Part shown: positions 12,250 to 25,200 of the stretch, piece by piece
How the letters are laid out: each line of letters begins with the position of its first letter
Position numbering within the stretch: position 1 is the stretch's first letter
From: Octopus vulgaris
Taxonomy: Eukaryota
Direction: 5' to 3'
Assembly (NCBI GenBank): GCA_951406725.2
Contig: OX597827.1
Location: 55,676,001-55,740,000, forward strand
DNA length: 64,000 nucleotides
Notes under the pieces: model-generated
What the model was told of the DNA's origin: nothing
Databases searched by the model: none
Seen by the model: only the letters and a program-made list of their open reading frames with translations
Program-made: the position numbers and the translations under genes

Positions 12250-13173
12250 CGTATATATATATATATATATACGTATATATATATATATATACACGTATAT
12301 ATATGTATATATATATATATGTATATTCTTTTACTAGTTTCAGTCATTTGACTACAGCCATGCTGGAGCACCGCCTTGGTGGGTTTTAGTTGAATAAATT
12401 GACCCCAGGACTTATTTTTTTAAGCCTTGACAACCAGTTGTCAAGTGGTGATGGGGGGACAAACACAGACAGAAAGACACATACACATAGATATATACAT
12501 ACATATATATATATATATATGTATATATATACACACACACACAGTGGGCTTCTTTCAGTTTCTGTCAACCAAATCCACTCACAAGGATTTGGTCGGCCCA
12601 AGGCTATAGCAGAAGACACTTGCCCAAGGTGCCATGCAGTGGGACTGAACCCAGAACAATGTGGTTGGGAAGCAAGCTTCTTACCACACAGTCATGCCTC
12701 TATATGCACATATATATTTGATATAATTACTCAATCATGAGGAAGGGCAGTGTTCACAACACTTTTAGAGCCTCTGGAGGTATCAGGAGAACTGACCCAA
12801 ATGCTTGTAACAGAGTGGTCTCTGCTAAAAGCACGCAACAGCCAGGTAGTGGTATCAAACTAGGTGATGGATTTAATTCTCCCCACCAAATGTAGCTTAG
12901 TGCTGGCCTTCATTAACAGGAGGGTATTAATCATTTGGATGATACTCTACTTAAACTTTTACAAAGTGAGTGGACAAGTGAATTGAGTATTGTATCGTAT
13001 TATGTCACTATTTCATATCATGGGCCAAAATATTTAGCTAAAATATTGTTTGTTTATCTCATGGCCAACCTGGTTCACCAAACCTGTGATCAAAGGCATT
13101 CAAGCTGTGGCTGTCACAGCTTATTTTCATGTAGTGTTTCTTGGACTATATTTATCAAGTGTGTTCTTGAATT

Positions 13174-13398
13174 CATCATCATCATCGTTTAACGTTCGTT
13201 TTCCATGCTAGCATGGGTTGGACGGTTCAACTGGGGTCTGCGAAGCCAGAAGGCTGCGCCAGGCCCAGTCTGATCTGGCAGTGTTTCTACGGCTGGATGC
13301 CCTTCCTAACGCCAACCACTCCATGAGTGTAGTGGGTGCTTTTTATGTGCCACCTGCACAGGTGCCAGACAAGGCTGGCAAACGGCCATGATCGGATG
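13174..13398 (-). mobile_element. Repeat family C with RTE-type 3' tail and (GAT)n end (copies 320-440, 28190-28380, 35040-35210, 38500-38697, 42947-43240, 51165-51640, 53361-53850)
   Basis: Shared GGCGTTAGGAAGGGCATCCAGC...CCAACCCATGCTAGCATGGAA...GATGATGATG. Confidence 0.8.
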
Positions 13399-13539
13399 AA
13401 GTAAATAAACTGTTATTCCAGGATGAGTTTGTTTGCTACTGTTTCTCGCAGTCCAAACAACCATGCAGAGACTCACTCTAAAGTGTGTGTAAATAATTTT
13501 ATATTGATTAGTATACACTAACAAAAGATGTGCACTTAC

Positions 13540-13584
13540 CCATCTAGCAATAGCTTCCCTGATTGATGTTGGTTTGACGGCCGC
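13540..13584 (-). CDS. DNAL1: DNAL1 exon (AAVKPTSIREAIARW)
   Basis: 45 bp, acag/gtaagt; resembles LC1 N-terminus 'AKATTIKEALARW'. Confidence 0.9.
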
Positions 13585-14033
13585 CTGTTTTTGTTAAAAC
13601 ATGTATCAGTAATATTTATTTTCAGTAGTTATGAAGTTTTATTTTCTTATGAGAGAAATGTATTGAACAGAAAGCATACCTACACAAGTGTGACCCACTC
13701 CCAAGACTTTCTCTTCTCATAACTTTCAGAAAATAATGTATTTCCTTGATAAAATTTTCCAAAAATACCTTTTGGATGGTGTAGATTCCAATTATACTGG
13801 AATTCAATGAAAAAATTTCTTTGCAGTGGGTGAAGAGTTTCAGATAATTCACACAAGGTGACTTTATTTTCTTGTAACTTTCGCAAAAAGATAGTTTCTA
13901 AATAAATTTTCAACAAATAACCTCCAGATGATGTACATTATGATTATAGTGAAATTTAATGTAAAAAGAAAAGAAAATGGCAAAAGCGCACACATATTCA
14001 ACTTACATAATTTTTTGAAATTCAAGTTTCCTT

Positions 14034-14114
<81 letters not shown>

Positions 14115-14142
14115 TGCTAGATATATAGTGGAGGCACAATGG

Positions 14143-14173
<31 letters not shown>

Positions 14174-14558
14174 TATATATATACATACATGGAGGCACAA
14201 TGGCCAGTGGTTAGCACAGCAGACTGGTGGTTTCGATCCCCAGACCAGGCGTTGTGAATGTTTATTGAGTGAAAACACCTAAAGCTCCACGAGGCTTTGG
14301 CGGGGAGTGGGGGAACCCTGGTGTACTCTTTCACCACAACATTGTCTCACTGTTTCTTCCTGTTTCTGTTGTACCTGTATTTCAAAGGGCCAGCCTTGTC
14401 ACACTCTGTATATGCTGAATCTCCCCGAGAACTACATTAAGGGTACATGTGTCTGTGGAGTGCTTAGCCACTTGCATGTTAATTTTACGAGCAGGCTGTT
14501 CTGTTGATCGGATCAACTGGAACCCTCGTAGTCATAACTGATGGAGTGCCATGACACA

Positions 14559-14594
<36 letters not shown>

Positions 14595-14811
14595 CAGTAT
14601 GCATATGTGCGTGCCCACCATTTCTTTTTCTCACATTAAATTCTGCTGTAATCATGATCTACACCATCTGAAAAGTATTTGTAGAAAATTTCATTAAAAA
14701 ATATCCGTTTTCCTGAAAGCTTTGAGGGAACAATGTCTAGGCAGAAGGAGGACACACTAGTGTATGTATGCCAAACAAAATTTATACTTATATATTACTG
14801 GAATTTATTTT

Positions 14812-15604
14812 GGCAGATGTTAGACTTAGGAAGCACTAAGAAGTTAGAATTTCTCCATTTTGACGGGGATTTTTCAGATTTTCTTTTTCACAGTGCCATT
14901 GGAAATGTTCTGGACTATCTTTTTAGCCAAAGAAAAAAGAAAAAAAATTTGCGAAAAATGTATTTTTTAAAAACCTCATCCCCCATCCCACCACTCGGAG
15001 AGGGGAATATGAATCGAGTTTGGTCACTACGCACGGTGATTTCTGGGGGCTCTACACACTTAAAAACCATAAGAGAAGCCTTTACGGAAAAAAAAGTAAA
15101 TATTTTCAGATGAAAATGTGTATGAATTGGCTGTTGTTTCTAGCATATTCCATGAAAGGTGAGATTTAGGGTTGATAAAAATCAAATTTAAAACAAAAAA
15201 AAAATTTTATAGCGTAAATGGGGAGAAAACAGTGAAAAACATCAATACTTGTCAGAGTGAGAAAGAAACGACGAAGGTGGTCATGGAATATGTTAGAAAC
15301 AACAGCCAAATCTCCCTTTAATCACACCTTTACGTCTGAAAATATTTACCTTTTTTTTAACAAAAGGCTTCTCCTATAGTTTTTAAGTGCGTAATGCCCC
15401 CCCCCCCCCCAATCGATTAAGCTCGGGTTTTATATATATATAAAAAAACTATCATTTTCGCATTTTTTTCTAGAAAAATAGTCGGCGATCTTGCCAAATA
15501 GTCCAGAGCATTTCCAAGGGCACAGTTAAAAAAAAAATCTAAAAAGTTCCCGCCAAAACGGAGAAATTCCAACTTGTTGGTGCTTCCTAAGTCCGACGTC
15601 CGCC
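14812..15604. mobile_element. Long-TIR non-autonomous DNA transposon in DNAL1 intron 1
   Basis: GGCAGATGTTAGACTTAGGAAGCAC... matches the reverse complement of ...GTGCTTCCTAAGTCCGACGTCCGCC; imperfect inverted similarity extends over 100 bp; possible 8-bp TSD ttta(t/g)ttt. Confidence 0.75.
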
Positions 15605-16870
15605 TTTAGTTTATCGACCTTTAATGGGATTGACACGTAATGTTGACATCGGTGGGATTAGAACTCAGAACTTGGAGTGGTCTCCCCACTTTTCAAAATA
15701 GTATTAATAATTTTTAAAGCAGCGAGCTGGCAGAATCGTTAGCATACTGGACTAAGAATGTTGTCTGTCATTACGTTCTGAGTTCAAATTCCGCCAAGGT
15801 CGACTTTGCCTTTCATCCTTTTGGGGTCGATAAAATAAGTACCAATAGAACTCTTGGACCGATGTAATCGACTTACGCCTCCCCGAAATTGCTGGCTTTG
15901 TACCAAAATTTGAAACCAATATGAATACTTTCTTACAAGACACGAGGCTGGACATTTTATGGATAAGGGAACAATCGTTTTAGATCCTTTCTACAATAGG
16001 CACAAGGCCTGAAATTTTGGAGCGGGGTGAGTAGTTGATTACATCGACTCCAGTTCTTGACTGGTACGTATTTTATCGAGCCCGAAAGGATGATAAGCAA
16101 AGTCGATTTAAGCTGAATTTGAACTCAGAACGTAAAGACGGACAAAATGCTGCTAAGCATTTTGTCCTGCGTGCTAACGATTCTGCCAGCTTGTCGCCTT
16201 ATAAGTCATTTTATACTAAACCTATGACGGATGAAAGACAAGAAGGAAAAAAATGGAAAGAAAGAAAAGCCACGCCAAAATAACGAACAATAACATTGTA
16301 AATGTAATTAAATAATCAGTTTGCTTATCCCCGCATATTGTACAAGGCGGCTGATCGCGATGAAAGGTAAAGGGAAAAAGTCAGTTACACTTCTTTGTTA
16401 GTGTTGCTTATCTTATAATAACGAGCTTATTGTTACACAGTGCTCAGGTTTACTACAACTATCGGAATAAGTTAAAAGAGGATCAGAAAGCAGCAAGTAA
16501 TAGAAGCAATGATAGCCAAAAGTGGATGCATAAGTACGGTGGATAAAGCACAAAAAGACGGAAAAGTGAACAGTAAAAGAGTCTTAAAGAGGATAAATAC
16601 GCCAAGAGTACAGAATTTTTCAAGGGAATAAAATATTCCATGCTTTGAGAATTCTGAGCATGAAAAAAATGTTTCCGAAAGTCATAAGTGTTGCACTGTT
16701 TTTTTCCGTTTTTTTTAAGGTTTTTTTTTGCTTTTTTACTGACGAGTGGTTCCCTTTTGGAAATGCATCATTGACATGCCTACTCATTTCTATTCTTTCC
16801 CAATAAACCTGAATTGAAACTTAAAATATGAATATTTAAAAAATAGCAACTCGTAGATTTAACAACATAC

Positions 16871-16873
16871 CAT
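16871..16873 (-). CDS. DNAL1: Probable ATG-only first coding exon of DNAL1
   Basis: ATG directly followed by gtatgt donor; next exon is phase 0 and lacks Met; X-box about 22 bp upstream. Confidence 0.75.
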
Positions 16874-16886
16874 AACTCATGAAAAT

Positions 16887-16909
16887 TATTTACTTGTTGT
16901 CATGGAGAT
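16887..16909 (-). promoter_or_regulatory. RFX X-box (ATCTCCATGACAAC, 16896-16909) plus forkhead-type site (GTAAATA, 16887-16893)
   Basis: 14-mer fits the ciliary X-box consensus RTHNYY-WT-RRNRAC and lies just upstream of a motile-cilia gene start. Confidence 0.75.
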
Positions 16910-17442
16910 GCAACATGGAGTTTATAAAATTAGAATCTGAAAATATCGAAAAAAAAAAACGAAACGAAATAATCTCTAAAATTTAATATATATCATAAAA
17001 CTGCGAAGTACTTAATTTTTACTTATAATAGTTCGAATAATCTTCTTTTTAAAATATTGTATAAACTAAAATATATTCTCCTTCACAGTAGCTTTGATGT
17101 AATTCTTTCTATAACCATTCGGATCTTTTCCGTTTGGTTGCCACTTCCATTTTTGCTGTTTTTGTTATATTTGAAGTAATTGTTTCTAATTTAGACACAA
17201 TGCCAGTAATGTTGAGGGAAAGGTATTTATTAGTCGATTACACGACTCCAACAATAGACTGCTGTTTTATTTCATGGGATGATAGGTAAAGTTAATCTCG
17301 GCGGGAACAAATGCCGTTCTAACAATTCTGTCAGCTCGTCGCACACTCGAGTGTGAAATAAACATCAGAGGGACTTTGCTTCACGCAAAAACAGCAGGAG
17401 CTTCTCAATGACATTGTCAGTTCTTCTGATTGTGACTAAAGT

Positions 17443-19428
17443 AGCAGACGTGGAAGATAGGTTGTTCACATAAGTTGGAATTTCTCCGTTTTGACGGGGA
17501 TTTTTCAGATTTTTTTTTACGGTACCCTTGGAAATGACGGGGGGGGGGCGGTTTCGCATGTCGTAGAGCAGATTTCCGTCGATTTCCGTAAAAAACTTTT
17601 ATTTTTTTACATAAGTAATGAGAGCGAAAGAGACTAAGAGGAAGCGATTTTATGACGAGAAGGTTTCACTTTGAAATCGGCCTGTGTGTGTTTGATGGGG
17701 TGTGGGAGACAGACAGTATGTTGTGTAAGTGAAGTGCTTCTGTTAGTGTGTGCGAAGAGACAGAGAGAGTAATGTGTGAAAGAGAGAGATAACTGATTTT
17801 TTACTCGGTGTATGTGTATATGTATGTATGCATGTATGTGTATATGTATGTATGCATGTATCTATGTATGTGTGTGTGTGTAAGTATGTGTGTATGTATG
17901 TATGTATGGCCGATTCATCGTAATTTTTTACTCGGTGTATGTGTATATGTATGTCTGCATGTATGTGTGTGTGTGTATGTATCTATGTATGTGTATGTAT
18001 GTATGTGTGTATGTATGTATGGTCGATTCAGTGTAATTTTTTACTCGGTGTATGTGTATATGTATGTCTGCATGTATGTGTGTGTGTGTATGTATCTATG
18101 TGTGTGTGTGTGTGTAAGTATGTGTGTGTGTATGTATGTATGTATGTGTGTGTGTGTATGTATCTATGTATGTGTGTGTGTGTATGTATGTATGTATGTA
18201 CTCGGTGTATGTGTATATGTATGTCTGTCTCTTCGCACACACTAACAGAAGCACTTCACTTACACAACATACTGTCTGTCTCCCACACCCCATCAAACAC
18301 ACACAGGCCGACTTCAAAGTGAAACCTTCTCGTCGTAAAATCGCTTCCTCTTAGTCTCTTTCGCTCTCATTACTTATGTAAAAAAATAAAAGTTTTTTAC
18401 GGGGGATATCTTTTTATTAAAAAAATATATATTTTTTGAAAAATGATGATTCCTCCACCTCCGGTCCGATTTTGTGGACGCTACGCACTTACGAAGGAAA
18501 AATAAATGAACCTTAAAACAATTTAAGTAATAGAAAAAGGTTTAAAAGAAAATCCATGCGTCCTGGTGACAAACAAATCCATAGATACGGTATTGAATAT
18601 GGTTTCACTAAGGGCGATTTAGCTGTTGTTTTTAGCACATCTCAAGACCATCTGATACCGTCATTGTTTAGTTACGTGGAAATTATTTTTAAAAAACTGC
18701 CGTTCAAACCGAAAAGATCCCATTTGTATGTATCTATGTGTGTATGTATGGCCACACACACATACATACATACACACACACACATACATACACACACACA
18801 TACATGCATACATACATATACACCGAGTAAAAAATTTCAGTTATCTCTCTCTTTCACACATTACTCTCTCTGTCTCTTCACACACACTAACAGAAGCACT
18901 TCACTTACACAACATACTGTCTGTCTCCCACACCCCATCAAACACACACACACACACGTACATCAATGCTTCGGTAACTTCAAAAGAAATTCCCTCGTCA
19001 TAAAATCGCTTCCTCTTAGTCTCTTTCGCTCTCATTACTTCAAATGTTCCCGCAAGCCCATATGTAAAAAAATAAAAGTTTTTTACGGAAATCATCGACG
19101 GAAACGTGCTACTACAAACGAAAGATCACCAAAAAAAAAAAATTCACAAATATGGTGTTGAAAAATGTTTTCCTTTTTCTAACGGAAAGGTTTCACCTTT
19201 CGTTTTTAAGTGCGTAGTCCCCTCAAAAATCGACTAAAATCGGGAGTGAGGTAGGGTAAAAAATTACTATTTTTCAGAAATGTTTTTACTAAAAAGCTCC
19301 CCATCATTTTCTGTGAAAAAGATGCTCCTTCTTAATTTCCATGCAGAAAAGATTAAAAAAAACCCCGAAAAATTCCTGTCAAATGGAGAAATTCGAACTT
19401 ATGTGGGCGACCTTATCCCTGACGTCCA
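17443..19428. mobile_element. Related long-TIR/foldback transposon with nested inverted repeats and an internal minisatellite
   Basis: Termini resemble those of the 14812-15604 element; ~180-bp inverted arms at 17586-17764 and 18224-18402; third arm copy at ~18820-19100. Confidence 0.75.
17797..18225. repeat. Tandem ~115-160 bp units starting TTTTTTACTCGGTGTATG with TG/TA microsatellite bodies
   Basis: Units begin at ~17797, 17924, 18037 and (partial) 18199. Confidence 0.85.
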
Positions 19429-19449
19429 ATATTTAAAACTATAACAATA

Positions 19450-19990
19450 TTAAAAATCCTGTCTTCAAGCAGGCGTTTTAGGGTCAGAAGCGTTTCGTCT
19501 CTTGGCCCGTACACTTCAGCTGAATGCGGCAGCGAGGACTGAATTAGTTTTCATTGACTGAAGGGTTCCAAATGTGGTCTGTTGTCAGTTCCAACCGCTT
19601 TCAACTGGTCTAGCTGTCGTGACTATTTCCTTGGTAGCTTTCTTCGGTTATTTGAGTTCCATACCAATCTTCTGCAAGAAATAGGGCACCTGTCTTGCTA
19701 GGAAGTTGTGACAGCCGACTTCAATGAGGATTGAAGTTATGTGCTAACCGTTGACAAGAGCCTCGTCAATCAAGTTCTGATATTTGATTTTCTTCAGTTT
19801 GCAAAAAACGTCCAGCCCTCCCAGGGCACCGTGAGTACAGCCACGATTATTATTTTTGTGCTCCTGGATAAAAGGAACATGTCTGGTTGGATCGATGTTA
19901 TTGTCATTTCTTCCTGAGAGACGAATTTGTCCTTCAGATCCATCTCCCTGGCAGAGGCTTGATGCAAAATAGAAAATGGGTCTCCCAGCT
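19450..19990 (-). mobile_element. 3' relic of a restriction-like-endonuclease (R2-group, HERO-like) non-LTR retrotransposon
   Basis: Frameshifted peptides TSIQPDMFLLSRSTKIIIVAVLTVPWE...KKIKYQNLIDE...IEVGCHNF match the RPD..ELTVPWE..KY..EVG.RG RLE pattern. Confidence 0.7.
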
Positions 19991-20281
19991 ACAGGCACTT
20001 TCGTTTTTTGTGCATTGTCATCTTCCTTTAGGAATACCTTTTGGTATCATTCCTAAAGAGATGATACCTTTTAGTGACGATGTCTACTGCTTGTTGGCCT
20101 AATTCTCTGCACTTGGTTCTAAAGTAAGAATTAAATAGTTGTTAATTTCTTTTAAACACCCATTCTCTAAAAGATCTCAGTTTAAAAACAAGCTTTAACA
20201 TTAAGCATGGTATCTAAGGACACCAAAATACTTGTTAACTACCCAGTGATTTCAATGTTTGCAACAGTGAGCCATATGTAT

Positions 20282-21151
20282 ACTATAATGCCTTGATATA
20301 AGAGTTAATTTGTTCCCGGAGACTGCTTGTAAAGTGAAAACTCAAGGCAGAGCAGTAATTTCCCATAGTAGCAATGTTATAAATTGTAATTCGCTCTTAG
20401 AAAAATATTTTACCTATAAAATTTATAAAACTCATAAACTGAGACCCCCACTTCGGTCATGACTGACCATGGGATCGCACCTAGAAAGTTACCCTCCCAG
20501 GCAAGGTTGTTTATGGAAGACCAGCAGTCGCCCATGCATACCGGCCTCCCCTCTCCACGCCACCAGTATTATCCAAGGGAAACGTAACAGCCAATACAGC
20601 TTGGCACCAGTGATGTCACAACTCATTTCTACAGCTGAGTGAACTGGAGCAACATGAAATAAAGTGTCTTGCTCAAGAACACAACACGCAGCCCGGTCCG
20701 GGATTCGAACTCACAACCTCACGATCGTAAGCTCGACGCTCTAACCTTCACAAAACTCATAAATAAATGGCAATAAAACATCAATAGAATGTAAAGAATA
20801 TTTTTCTGTAAAGTAAAAAGAATATCAAGATCATTTATAACAGAAACTATTATTACCATAATCATTTTCTGAATCACTTTCACTTTCATTAGATGCATGC
20901 ACACCATCACTTCTGGATGTTATTGCTAATTCACAAGCACTTGTACATGGACTTGTAGATTTCTTTTTAAAAAACAATTCTAGAGTTGTGTGCTTAGAAG
21001 CTTTTTATTGCTCTCTATAAATTTCTTGGTAACATGCAGAAGCATTTGTAATGGTAGTAGAAACTTTTGCACTTCATTCAAGATTTGGATCTTGTGCTTG
21101 AAAAATAAACTTGTAAGCCCAAGTGGGTTTGTGTAAAGTGAGGTATTACTG
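20282..21151. mobile_element. Tigger/pogo-like MITE (second copy ~34630-35373); each copy carries a nested SINE
   Basis: Degenerate TIR CAGTAATACCTC.. with TA ends; two homologous copies in the window. Confidence 0.65.
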
Positions 21152-22211
21152 TAATTGCAAAATGTTGTTTGTTCCAGATCAGTCCTGAATTGAGCCACCT
21201 TTTAATGAAAAGCATTCAAGCAAAGGCAATCCCGTCTATTTTGAAGCATAGCATACCCCAGACTGTATTACTCCTTTTTTTTTATTGTCCCTGGTGTAAA
21301 ATCTCCTCTCCATCTTCTCACTTAGGCTTATGACGTAGTATTATACCTGCCACTTTTTTTCACTATTTCAAGCACCCCATCTTAAATCTGCAGGGTATTT
21401 CTTAATCCTTTGTTTTTATTTGTATTTACAATTTAATTTTCATTTTATAAAGTATTTTTGTAAGAATGTAATAGATATTTTGAGAAGAAAACACAAGTCT
21501 AACAGATATACACATCTGAGCACCTTTTCAAACTCCACCTGTCTAACACCCGTGGACATGTTTACAAAGTCAGAAAACGGCACAGCTCCCATGACTTTCG
21601 GAAACATTTTTTCATGCTAAGAGTTGCTGAAGTATGGAACAAACTGCTGGCATCAGTTGTTAGTTGTCGGAGCACTGCATCTTTCAAAACTTCCATGCTT
21701 CCTGAGATTCGCCAACACTACACCTAATTTTCTCCCCTCCTTACACACACAAGCATATATCTGACTCATACACTGTTCACTTTCTAGACATTTGTACATT
21801 ACTGCATATGCTTTATACGCACTTTTGACAAGTTGTGGTGCACCTGGGCACTGTATACAATAATTTCATTATTATTATTATTATCTATTAAAATAGAGTA
21901 AAGGACAAGCCAACAAGGAAAGAACATGTTAGTTCATGTAGTCCTAGTTCTAGATACTTTAAAAAGGGATGGTTGTATCTGGAATGCTTTTTATCATAGG
22001 TCAGCTGGATCAGGGTTGACCTGGGGTTAAACAACAATAACGATTGAATAAAGGAAATAAAATAACAAGACACAGGAGAATATTGCTCATTATTCTTATC
22101 AAGAACAATGTAGATTTTTATTTTGTAAAAACAAGAGATTTTTAAGTGGCGCAAGTTGTGTATTTACATTAGAAACAAAAAGTAAAAATATTGGACTGAA
22201 GTCTAAGAAGA

Positions 22212-22249
<38 letters not shown>

Positions 22250-25200
22250 AAAAAAGTGAGACTGAACAAATAAATATAGCTCAATAAATAAAATGGAAAT
22301 TAAAATCTTGATTGGTCAAGAATTTTATAACAGAGAGAGAGAGAGAGAGAGAGGGGTTAGGGTTGTAGAAAAAAAAAAAAAATGTTATTCAGGAGAATTT
22401 AAAGAGCAGGAAGAAATTTTTTGCAAAGTCCAAAAATGGAGAAAAGTTCTTTAATTTTTTTCTTTAAAAAAAAAAAAAAAAAATGTGAGGGGGTAAGGGA
22501 GAGGAAGGAAAGAAAGAGAGAAAGAAAATGAAATATGAAGAAGCTTTTTTTTTTTTGAAATTTTTTTTGTAAAGTAAAATATTTGTTACAATATCTCCAT
22601 AGTTTTTTTTTTTTATGACAAACTGTTGCTGTCCATCATCACAGTAGGTAAGCAAAGGTAACCATTGGCAGAGTTTCTTCGATTTTAAACCGAGCCAAGG
22701 TGGGGGGTGGGGGCGGGAGTGGGATTCGAAAAGAAGACAACAACTGCTGTTTAAAACAGACTGCTTGATTTGTGATAGAAGAAATCTTGCAAGGTGAAAG
22801 GGTTAGGGGGTAAAAATAAGACAACCTTTAAAAAAAATAAGGTTAAAAAAAAAAAAAAAAGGAAAGTAGAATTCTCTGCTAACAGCAATGTTAACAGCCT
22901 GAAGAACGAGTCTACTTATAAAGATTATATGGTCATTATCGTTCTTCTTTATTTATCGTTATTAATATTTTAATTTTTTTCTTCTTTAAACACCCATGTA
23001 GCAAATAAATAACACTATTAGTACTAATATTACCATCATATGGCACCCGTGGAAATGCAGTTTTTATTACATAGGTTTCAAGAGTCAACTGCTGCACGGA
23101 CTTACCATTTAACAGTCAGCCAAGTAAAATTAGGGGTGTTAGAGTAGTATGTATGTTTGGGTAACGAATGGGTGGAATCAAATAAAAAAAAAATTTAAAA
23201 TATGCCATGCTGATTTTTTTTTTTTTTTTACAATTTCTGTGTATTAATTATGGATGGAAAGAAGATGCTGCGTGGATTTAGCCATTGATTTCACCCCTTA
23301 GCATTCAGATTATTTATTCACATTGTTTCGAATTAATTATGGCATTATTTTGTAGCTTCAAGACCTCGATGATGTGATTGTTTAGTTTTAGACTGACATT
23401 GTAAGGTAGGTGTGAGAGGCTGGATCTGGCCAATTTGAACATAAATCAGGTAGAATATTTGGGCTTGATATGGCCAATTTAAATGCTAGAAGGTTAAACA
23501 AAAAGTAAATAAACAGATAAATACAAAATAAAAAGAAATTTGCTACATTAGTTGATAGGTGTCCTTCTTCCCAATAAATTTTGTAAAGAATTAACAGTTA
23601 CATTCCTTTAGTGTATTCTAAATTAATGAAAAACTTCATTTTATTTATAAGAAATACTGAATTTCTAAATCTCTTGTAGAGACATGTACGGTGGTGGGGC
23701 GATAGAATGGTTGTATACTGTCAATTTTTAATCTTTAATTAACAACAAGTAACTATTGAAAGTAGGAAAGACATGATCCGAATGTAACTTTTTAAGTTGA
23801 ATTGCAGTAACTTTCCACAATAGATGTTAAGTTTCATTTTCTCTTAGATTTTTGTGTATAGCTTTTTGTTGTTTTTAAAATTTCATTTTGTTTCTTTACA
23901 TTATTTATTGTTAATCATGGGAAATTACCTTTGTTAGGAATGATGGAGTTCATTAACTAAGGCATAAGTTTTTTTGGTTTTTTTTTTTTTTTTTTTTTCC
24001 TTTTACATAGGTCCCAGGTTTTGAATTTATAGGGTAAAGGGCAAGGAAGAATATCAAGGGTATTAGTATCACAAGGGAAGTGAGATGGTCATAACTAGAA
24101 CACGAAACAACCTGGTCATGAACTTGGCTCATCTAACCTCCCTTCTCTTTGGTGTTTAATACAAAGGAATCTTGATTTCTTTTTGGCAGGACACCTGGCC
24201 TTAGATTTCTAAGGAGATTGTAAACAAGAAGTAGTGTGAAGTTTAATGCCTTTCCCAAGGACATTAGCAATGGTTACAACTCAGAATGAAGGCCAGGCTG
24301 CCGATACAGTTCAGCATGAACTTAGCTTTCTGCTCTTGTGGCTGACATGGATTGTGGATGTCAAATATAAGCATAAGAATATGCCAAGTAGGACATAATG
24401 ATTTACTTGGATTAAAAAGAAACAAAACAAACCGATATCAAAGGTGTTTGTCTGAAAATAAAATCTGAATATTTATTTCAAAATATGAAATAGAAAAGGT
24501 TACCTTTTTTTTTTTCATCTATAGATGAAATCATGGATTCATCTATAGATGAAAAAGATGATTCCAGAAAATCTTTAATAAATTACTGATTTAGTTGATC
24601 TATTTTCACCTGTGTGTAAAACCATCTTGTAAAGTTTCTAGTCCTTATATATAAGTTATATGTTATCAGTGGCTTAAAATATCATATTACTTTATTGTAG
24701 TTTAATTATTTTAACTATCAATTATTTATGGTATTTAAATATGATCTGACATTTTTCCAGTGATTGTACATTTTTTTCTGTGACCTCATCAAAGGGATAA
24801 ATATTTCTCCTAATGTATTTGAGTTCTATTCAGGAATTTCTCAAAAGCAATAGTGGGCAGGTAGGGTAAAGAGACAGAACTGACTTTAACTAAGAATCCA
24901 GCCAGTGAATGCAATTTGCTGGAGACTTATCCCTATTATAGCACTTTCTTCAATAGAATCCATCACCTTCGTAGGCCTTTCAAAACTGGTGAGACTGATG
25001 CAATTAATGTTTGGTTTGAACACTTGTAGGGTAGATGTGGGCAAAGAGTGAATTCCAGAAGGCTAAAGCACTGGAGATGCAGTATTGGGTAAAGTATTTA
25101 GGGAAGGATATGGATGATAAGAAGCTGGGGTGAGACAGCTGCAAAAATTGTGGTAAAGTCCTGGTAAGTTGTACTTATATAAAACAGTTTTCATTTCCCA

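Noticed and set aside
13585-13605. U12-like acceptor (TTTTAAC close to AG, no pyrimidine tract)
   Set aside because: No matching ATG|GTATCCTT donor found; the candidate donor is U2-type
17808-19161. Long ORFs (127-201 aa) rich in C/V/Y/M or H/T
   Set aside because: Translations of TG/CA microsatellite arrays inside a transposon; no protein signal
19480-19525. CUGAAGU...GACGAAACGC hammerhead-like string on the minus strand
   Set aside because: The core lacks the conserved A and stems I and II do not pair convincingly; treated as retrotransposon 3' UTR
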